Assembly (NCBI RefSeq): GCF_000497125.1
Contig: NC_090596.1
Location: forward strand, 434,001-498,000
Source: Spironucleus salmonicida
Taxonomy: Eukaryota
Direction: 5' to 3'
Length of the DNA: 64,000 bases
The notes beneath the pieces are model-generated. The model made no database searches. It had not been told where the DNA came from and saw only the letters and a program-made list of their open reading frames with translations. Of the stretch, positions 55,397-64,000 are shown piece after piece (position 1 is the first letter of the stretch; each line of letters opens with the position of its first letter). The position numbers and the translations under genes were made by a program.

Positions 55397-57514
55397 ATGA
55401 AGTATTCATATGATGAATAAAGTAATCGTGAAATTTTAGATAAAATAAAAATAGGTACAATAACTGTACCAATGATGCATAGCACTACGTTTAAGTGTTA
55501 GATTAAAATTGATTAAATCAAGTTTCAACTTTAGCAAATTTTTTCATCATATATTGCGGATGATGTAGAGCCATCTGATCTTAATTCAAACTGTATATCA
55601 ACAATTTCCTCTGTTACATACTCTGCTTACTCAGTTCCGGTTACTTAAATAAAAATTAATTGTACTTTAACAGGTACCACTGAACATTAACTATTATCAG
55701 AGGCATTAGAAATCTATAAGAACCAAATAAAATTACCCGAAGCAGATATGCCAACTGATCCACTATTAATAACATTATATTTATAGTAGTATTAAAATTT
55801 TTGGGATGAATTTCGTCGTAAACTTAATTAGACTTGCTAAATTTTGACGGATTATGTAAGAGTAAGAAGCGAGTTTAAAATAATGTTTTAATTAATTATT
55901 ACTCCAAAATTGACCTTTCTTAATAATTTACTCCTAGCTGGAATCTAAGCTAAGATTTTAGAGTCTCCAGAGCCTAGTTTTCTCGCAATTAAAAAATGTT
56001 ATGAAATAATATAGGCATGCGGAAGTTAATCTGAAGAATCATTGACAATTTTTTTAATTTCTAGATTCTAAGATTTTATTTAAAAATCATTTTAATGCTT
56101 TGAAAGAAGTGAAAATTCGCTAGAAAAAAATGTACAGAGTTGTACTAGGGAAATTTTAACTATTTCATAAATAATTTGCTACTTAAATTATGATCAGGCT
56201 AAAGAAAGCTTTAAGTTTAACAATGGATAATTTTTTGAAGCTATGAAAGGAATTGAGAAAAATGTTGTGTCTTCACATATAACTTTAAAAATAGTATCAA
56301 GTTTAACTAATTTTGTAGCAGGAATTGTGTTCTAGAAGGACTCTATGCCCGAAGATAGAAACATTAAGTTTGATTTATTTAAGACTCTTTCTTAAATTTC
56401 TTAAATTTGTGATTTTTATGCTGAGTTTTCCGGAGTTAGTGAAGGTTAGAACACTTAAACCTTGTAAAGAATGATTTGTGAAAGTTTTTTAGCTGATTTA
56501 AAGTTAATGGAATAGGGTTCAATCCAAAGTAATAGGTAATTTTCGGATGTATTTTGTGAATTATTAATTGATAATTATGAATTTTATCATTAGGTAGCAC
56601 TATTTGTTAATGGAGAGTCATTAATAAACGATTTAAAGTTTACACTCATCAATTATTTCCACAATATTAGATTAGATGGAATGGAGGATATGTTTTAGCA
56701 AGATTTAGTTTTTCAAGCAATTCATGCTATTATGATCTGCCGAAACTTTCATAGCATACTCTATAATAAATAAAATAGCAAAAAATCACTACTATAACTT
56801 AAAGTTTAAGAAAATTTGAAATTTTTTTAGTCGATAAGTAGCAAATTAGAAATATTAATTGCTATTGTATCATGTTGTTTTAACGGCAATTATAACCTGA
56901 TTCTAGCAAGATTACTTAAAGACAGTTTAAGAAGAATTTACCAATTTAGCTAGTTAGCTTTACTAGAAGAAACAAAACTATTAAACTTACTTTTATGTCA
57001 ATTTATAGAATCAGATGTTCAAGATTAATACAAATAGCAAATAGATATGATGTTTAGGTATGTGTAACAGGATAAAATAATTTTAGACTAAGAAACGTTA
57101 AATATTATGGGTTATAAAGTTGTATTGGAAGCAGGAGATTGTTTTTCCACAGATGCCCCTGAAATCACACATGGTATATTAAATGACACTACATATGTGA
57201 TATTCCCATAAGGAGAAGCGTGTGAAATAAATTAAGATGTTGATTTTTGGTATTAACTGGATTTATAGGTAAATCAACCTAAAATAGAAGCATAAAATTT
57301 ATAATTATGTAATAGTCCTCCAGTAAGAATTGAAGAAAAAATATGTTAAGCTCTGATTGTTAGAAGTGTTAAAGTTAACGGTCCTATGAGTATTAGTGCA
57401 ATAGCTACTTAATTATCAATAAATGAGGAACAAATTAAAGATTTCGTTAATCTCTTAGTTGAACTTGATATAGTATCAATAGATGATATGATGAGAGTTA
57501 GCTACGATGAGTGA
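55397..57514 (+). CDS. Divergent cullin-like protein (705 aa)
   Basis: C-terminal ICQALIVRSVK...QIKDFVNLLVELDIV resembles the cullin neddylation/winged-helix domain (IEAAIVRIMK...IKK.IE.LIE). Confidence 0.65.
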
Positions 57515-57516
57515 CA

Positions 57517-57945
57517 TCAGAACCATGCACTAATATTAAAGCGTTCTTTTACAGACACTAACCAAGTGGTAGTAAGTGAATATGCCTCTAGTCCAAATAT
57601 AGTGCAAACTATTTTTTTGCATTCCTATTGGATGTTTTTAACACCTGATAAGTTAGCTAGCAAGGCACGAAAATCATCCGGAACTTTACTCTTAAAAAAT
57701 ATTTTTACTTATTTTTCTTATAGAATGATGAAGCTTTTTAATTTAAGAGGTTCCCCAAAAATTCTTATCTCATTGAATGCGAGTATTGCTCTGTCAGCAG
57801 AATTTTCGGAGTTAAAGCGAATAAGGAAACGGTTATTTCCCTATGATTTAATTTAGATTGGGCGGTCTACTTAATACATAAGTTCATAAAGCATGTCTGA
57901 TGTCAGTGATACCTTTGAATATGCGGTGATCATTTCTTTACACAT
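57517..57945 (-). CDS. RRM protein, SF3B4/RBM7-like (142 aa)
   Basis: MLYELMYQV...FLIRFNSENSADRAILAFNEIRIFGEPLKL resembles SF3B4 RRM1. Confidence 0.65.
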
Positions 57946-57979
57946 ATATAATAATATATAGTATTTATTTTATAGTGAA

Positions 57980-58414
57980 ATGGATGAACTTAAAGATGAT
58001 GCAAGCCATCTTTTTTCGAGTATGATTGGTGCTACATATGGTAAAGTAGCAATTGTAGATCTTCGTGATATTACATCCTAGGAAGGAAAAGACGTAGAAA
58101 GGGACATGTATCGGAATCTTATTAGACTATGTGATCCTAATCATACTAAGCATTTAACTATCAATTAATTAACAAGATTACTATATATAATAAGATATTC
58201 GGATTTCACAAATGTGTTAACTGTCTTATTCTATGCTCTCGACTTAGATCTTAATGGATATCTTGCTATGGACTAAGTGCTTAATTGCCTCTCTCAACTA
58301 AAATTCGTGGTTAATAATGAAGAATAGGACTTAATCTCGGCAATAGTCGTAAATCCTTCATAGGTAAAAGTTACCGAGTTTCTAGCAATAATATAAGAAT
58401 TGCGAAACTTTTGA
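57980..58414 (+). CDS. Calmodulin-like EF-hand protein (144 aa)
   Basis: DPNHTKHLT and DLDLNGYL loops; calmodulin-like size. Confidence 0.75.
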
Positions 58415-59122
58415 TAGAATTCCTACGAACTATAGCAAATGTCATATACCACTGAATCTACATAATCATAATGTTCATAACCGACAACGTTTGAACTTTC
58501 AACAACGATACATCATAGGGATGTCACCTAAATTAGTTTCTTAACAACAAGCATTTGGGAAGCTGCAGAACCAGAGAGAACATTTACAGAAACTGGAGCT
58601 GGGATATAACCAGATATTAACCTTGCTGTGTGACCACTATAACTAAGTGACCTTGACTTTTAATACAATACTTACGTAAATTTATTTATGTTGTGTTTTC
58701 TATATTTTATTAGTAAAATAATAAAAATCAATCATTTGAGTAAATTAATACAGTATAAACTATTGAGAACAGTAACAATTTCGTTTTCACCTATCTTCTG
58801 AAATATTTTGTCTAGATTACATCTTAAAATTAAATTAAAAACTATAATAAAAATTAATCTATTCTTAATTTTATGCAAATAATACTTTTACAACTAATAG
58901 AACACGATTTAAATATAAGCAAAACTTTATGAACTTTCTGCTCATTTCCCCTTATACTATTTAACAGAATTACACCAACTAATACCCAGCATGACAAAAA
59001 CCATAATCTTCCCACAACCAAACTTTTATAATAAAACTAATAATTTTATATTAAAAAACTAAACCTCACACTATATATCATAATACATATACTGATCAAA
59101 ACCTCCCTTCACCAATTCACCA

Positions 59123-62100
59123 TCATTCATCCATCTCGACCAAGTACGAATCCGACAGCTCAGAAACTACAGAAAGCTTCGCCACGCAGTTCAGCCTGGC
59201 CGAATTCCCATCGATCGGTATCGCCCTCGGTAAGACGTAATCCTGCATTTTGAGCGGGCTCAAACGGCTATTTGAGGGCCGTTTGTCCTGCGGCGCAAAC
59301 AGGATCGTTTGTCCCGTTGCGTTGTCTATGCACACGAAGTCGCTCATGTTCGCGACCAGTCCCTTGCTTTGGATCGTCTTCTTGCTCACGAAGGTCTTCA
59401 GCTGATTCGCGTTCAGCTGCTTCCGGCCGTTCATACTGCTGTACTCCTAGTGTGCCTACTTACGAATGCTAAGGAACGATCCCATGAATGACTTTTTCTC
59501 CTTCTTGGCGTTGATTTCTTGGTTGAATTTCTCGAACGAGGGATTCATGACGCGGTAGTACAATATCAACGACAGGAAAACGACCACGAACATGATGCAG
59601 CAGAAGGCGATTGGAAATGAGGAAATGGGGTAGAAATTTTGCCCCTCTCGGGCGCCAATTGATACGGAGTCGATGATCTCCACCCAGACCGCAGAGGTGA
59701 GCATGTTGAACGTGACGGCTAGGGGCGAAATGAACATGAGCGTGACGGGCATGAGCACGTTCATGATCACCACCAAAGTGACCGCTATTACGAAGCTCTC
59801 CTGCTGGGTAGAAACGGATTCAATTATCTCTTTGAAGTTGAGCAGCGTGTGGAAGAAGTAGATCAGGAAGAACGCGAAGCCCAGCCGCATCATCACCTGG
59901 ATCTCCGAGTAGGAGCCTAGGATGTTCTGCAGGAACAGGATCTGGGACGCCTGGCAGAGCGTGGCGAACATGGTCTCGAAGATCGCCAGAATGAGCGTAA
60001 GCACGGACTCCTCGGCCAGCATGTACGGATTGGTAAAAACGTCCTTGAAGGCCGTCTGCAAGGCGTAGTACAGGGGGAGCGCGACTGCGACAAAGAGCAG
60101 CAGCATCTGGGAAAACTTGTACTTCATCTTCAGAATGAACGTAAACAGCAGCATGGAAAATGGCGCTGAGAAGCACTTAAAGATGGTCTGGGACACTGAC
60201 ATCGCCTCCGGCAGCAAAAGATAAATTGTAATCTGGAACAGGAAGTCCAGCCCCGCCCCGAACAGGAACATGAAGAAGTCCGATACCTTGTGGTAGTAGA
60301 ATTTATCCAAAATGGGAGGCTGGAGGAAGAAGAGCAAGAAGGCAAACGGGAAGGAGCCGAGGCTCAACGACGCCGAGTAGAGATAGATGTCGTCCACGTA
60401 CGCGTCCTGGAGCGCCACGCATAGGGCGATGATCTGACAGAAGAACACACCGCAGAATATCTTGAAGCTCTCGCGGACGACCCTGATCAGCTTTATCTTA
60501 ATTCTGTGGCGCTGGAGTTTGACCTTGTGCGATTTGCTCAGCAGGAGCGCCAGCGCTATGGCAATCAGAACCAGCAGGAGAAGGAGCCAAAGGAGCCATA
60601 GATATCGGAGCTTGCTCCGCACGCTGGGAACGCAAAGTTGCTGCTCCATGTGGAACCCCGTGACGCATGAGTTGCACACGATCGCCCCGCCGATCTCCTT
60701 GTGGCAGATGCCCGTGTGCAGCATGTCTGCCGATATCCTGCAGCACGAGAATGTCCCGCACTGAATGTAGGCATCTTCGCACTGGTCGCAGAAGGCGCCC
60801 TTAAACGACTCGTCGCACTCAATGCAGTAAACCTCCCCCGTGGAGGCCTCCGCGAGGCAGTCTCCGGAGTATAGCATCTCGCTCTTTGCCAGCCGGGTCC
60901 AGCATGTGAAGTTGAGCAGAATGTAGCCCGCGCCGCATTCGGTGCAGAACACCTCCTCTAGTAAGATGTAGCCTTCCTTGCAGATAGCCTCCTCTTGGCA
61001 GGAGAACTGCATGCCGTCCGGGGAGATGCAGTGTCCGACCAGAAAGTTCAACGGCAGCAGACACTGGTCATCGACCACCACATAGCCAGCCTGGCAGGTC
61101 TGGCAGGAGACGGGCACCATGTTCTGCGCACAAGAAGTGCATACCGCGGTGGAGTACTCGCCGCAGAGGCCCTGCGGGGTGTCTTACAATGTCAGGCACC
61201 TTCCACCAACCAGCGTGAACCCCGGCTCGCAGGCTCGGCAGTTTGAGCTGGGCGTGTAGCCGGCCGAGCAGGAAACGCACTTTACTGCAGGGCCTTGGAA
61301 CCAGCAGTCGCCCTGCTCGCAGAAGGTGCATTTCTGGTAGCAGCCCGGGCCCAGCACCGCCGCCTCAGCCGGGAGCATGGAATGATCCAGCCACCCGGTC
61401 TCGCATAGCTTGCACTCGCCGGCATGGTTCAGCTTGAAACCTTCGCTGCACAGCAGGCAGTCTGGGAGCTGGTACCCTACATCGCATTCCGCGCACCTGA
61501 TGATCAGCCCGCTGGAGGCGAACGAAACCTCGCAGGTCCCGTGGCATGTCAGGTCGGTCAGCGTGCAGTCCATGAAGCATCGATCATTTAGCAAAACGGC
61601 GTTGGGCGAGCACTCCTCGCAAAGGAGGCCGCCGTACCCCTCGTAGCATTCGCAGCTGGGCGCAGCGTCCACGGTGCAGACTCCGCCCTCGTGCTGCCTT
61701 ATCTCGATACACGAGCCGTTGGGCTGCATCTGGAAGTTCGGATAGCACGAGGAGCAGATCGGCGTTGGCGACTCGTAGCACTCGCCGTTGCGGCAGAAGG
61801 GCAGCTTGCAGGCCGGGTAGCACTACTCGGCGATGAGGTACTCGCCTTCGTTGCACGACAGGCAGACGACCGCCCCGGCCACCCTGACGCACTCGGTCCC
61901 CGGGATCAGCGGCTGGCAGTGGCCTTCGTGGAGCACGAACCCCTCCCGGCAGTTCTTGCACTGCGACAGCTCGGCGCCGTTGTGGCAGGCCGAGCACACG
62001 ACGGTGTCCTGGTAGTAGAAGCAGGTTCCGTAGTCGCAAGTATCGCATTCCCGCAGGCATTGCTCCTTGTAGCTATGGTATCCGGCAGCGCAGCCCTAGC

Positions 62101-64000
62101 ACGCAGATTCTAGGCTGTAGCCCTCGGTGCAACTGTGACAGAGAATTCCCCCTGCCGAGATGTAGCAGTCCCCGTGACAAGTTTCGCACTTCAAAAGGCA
62201 CTCTCCGTCGACCATCAAATAGCCATCATCACAAGTAGAGCAGTCTGTCCCCGCATATGCCACGTCGCAGCTTGAACACTCGATATTGGCCTGATCATTA
62301 AAATAGCATTCGCCATTGCAGCTAAGGCACTTCAAATAGCAGAATCCATTCTTCGCCACACTTAGGGAATCACAGTCCTCGCAGTGGTCGCCTGAATAAT
62401 TTGGCTTGCAGCCTGAGCATATACTAAGGGTAGCACCGGCTATCGGGACACTAGCAAACTATACTCCTGGATTGCATACAAACTTCCCACCGACACTCAG
62501 ACAACCTAAGCAGCCTAGGATACAGCTATTTTTAACCTACTTTCCATTGGGATCCTTTTTCAAGACAGAACCTAAGTTGACCAGCTCGCTTTCAAACGGT
62601 ACCTGTATGATGTTTATTCTGGCAATGACGGTATACATAGCGTAGTACTCTAACTCGCAGTAGTCTAGACAGTCGCCATCATACATCTGATGCGGATACG
62701 CGCAATGACACATTGGGCCTATACAGGTGTTATCGAATAGGCTAGTATCGCAGGAATATGCGGAATCTCGGCAATCGAAAACGTCGCAATTAAGGCCTTT
62801 CCAGCCATACTCACAAACGACTCCGTTATCTTCGCACCTTCCGTTTACTACGGTATTGCAGCGGTAGCATGTGTTTTGCAGTGATTAAGTGCCATCAAAG
62901 CACGCGCAGACGCTACCTACACACTCGCCAAGGCCTTCGCATGGGTTAATAGAGTCGAAGTCGCAGTGATAGTCAAGGCACCCATCGTGCTGCGAATACC
63001 CATTATTGCATACGCAGCCTTTCCCATCTACGCAATCTCCGTGCATGCAGTTGGAAGCTGTGCATTGGAAGAAGCAAAAAGATTTGTCCGCCGAAAGTTC
63101 AAACCCTGCCTCGCAGCCGGTGCAAAAGGTAGAGGCGTCCTCCTTATAGAAGCAGGTCCCGTTGGGTGTTTCCTGGACCTTGTAGCAAGCTCCATTCGCC
63201 ACTCCGTATTCCGGAATGCACGAGTCACACCAAGTCCCTGCCACGTGAGGGTCGCATTCGCAAACTTCATCCACTAGGCACGACCCGTAGACGCAATTGG
63301 CCTTCGTGCACTCGGGGATGCATCGGGTCGCATCCTGCGACAGTACGAAATCTGGGTCGCACGAAATGCAGAGAGTGGCGCCATCTTTTTCGATGCAGCT
63401 CCCGTTCGCATTCAGTACTCCCGGGTGGCACGCCCCTTCGTAAAGCACAAAAGTCTCGCCGCACTGCTAGCAGCTAGGCATGGCAAACCCGGGGTGACAG
63501 GACTCGCAGGAGCTTGAGCCGCTTTCCACATAGCACCCCGTGCCGTAGCAGTCGGTGCAGATCTCCATGCAGTGGAATTCGACCTCTTCGAAGCCCGCCT
63601 CGCAGTTTCGACAGTCTGGCATAAGAAATCCATTGATGCAAAAATTACAAAAACTATCGGCATCGAGTAAATAGCACTATCCTCGTTCAATATTTATTTA
63701 TAATAAACATTAATCCACGACAAACACACAATCTTTAACACAGGTTGAACACCCCGGTGATTCGAACCTGGGACTGCACGAGTCGCAGCTGTAGGAGCCA
63801 TCTGCCTCAATCAAGCAGTTCTCGCCAAAGCAGACGTCGCCTGGGCAGGACAGCAGGCACTCTGACCCTTTCTCGACGTACCCCGCTTTACAGGTCTGGC
63901 ACGAGGGCACCTCGTAGTTCTTAAAGCACTCGCTGCAGGTGACGGTCCCTGCGTCATCCCAGCAGATTCCCTTGTCCTCATTTACCACCTCCAGGCAGGC
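59123..64000 (-). CDS. Cysteine-rich (CXXC/EGF-like) membrane protein fused to an SLC35F1/F2-like multi-pass transporter domain; 5' end outside window
   Basis: Track ORFs 63710-63988, 62885-63448, 62096-62359, 61184-61729, 59456-61120 and 59123-59434 share one frame. The gaps between them were read by hand and contain only TAR (Gln), no TGA. Confidence 0.9.

Noticed and set aside
232-58414. Mass pseudogenisation suggested by frequent in-frame TAA/TAG
   Set aside because: Essential genes keep intact motifs with no frameshifts; explained by the genetic code.
59123-59434. Separate 103-aa gene as listed in the track
   Set aside because: In frame with the upstream ORF and separated only by TAG (Gln) codons; it is the tail of the fusion protein.
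59272-63690. Many overlapping alternative-frame and plus-strand ORFs in the GC-rich block
   Set aside because: Shadows of high GC3 in the single minus-strand gene; they lack coherent motifs.
59100-64000. Bacterial contamination or recent lateral transfer suggested by the GC jump
   Set aside because: In-frame TAA/TAG occupy Gln positions and the repeats are diplomonad-type CXXC.
1-64000. tRNA, rRNA, CRISPR arrays, transposons, introns
   Set aside because: None recognisable by eye; small or divergent ncRNAs and rare short introns cannot be excluded without Infernal, tRNAscan or RNA-seq.

Overview
Gene-dense, apparently intron-free, AT-rich eukaryotic DNA that uses a non-standard genetic code: TAA/TAG = Gln, with TGA the only stop. 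The supplied standard-code ORF track therefore shows only fragments and antisense shadows. The code, tiny intergenic spaces, AG-TGA stop contexts, small Myb genes, a NEK kinase and a GC-rich cysteine-rich membrane protein point to a hexamitid diplomonad (Spironucleus/Hexamita-like; inference). Retranslating by eye gives about 46 genes, including DNA polymerase alpha, Sec31, MO25, EMG1, LTV1, MRT4, a TTLL glutamylase, a DHHC palmitoyltransferase, an M16C (PreP-like) peptidase, SPEF1, two kinases and two cullin-like proteins. The standout is the GC-rich last 4.9 kb. Six separate track ORFs join into one minus-strand ORF (>64000 to 59123, >1600 aa): a very long CXXC/EGF-like cysteine-rich ectodomain, a TM helix, an SLC35F1/F2-like ~10-TM transporter domain and a C-terminal tail. 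All translations and family assignments are by eye, no searches were run, and the longest ORFs were spot-checked rather than read codon by codon.
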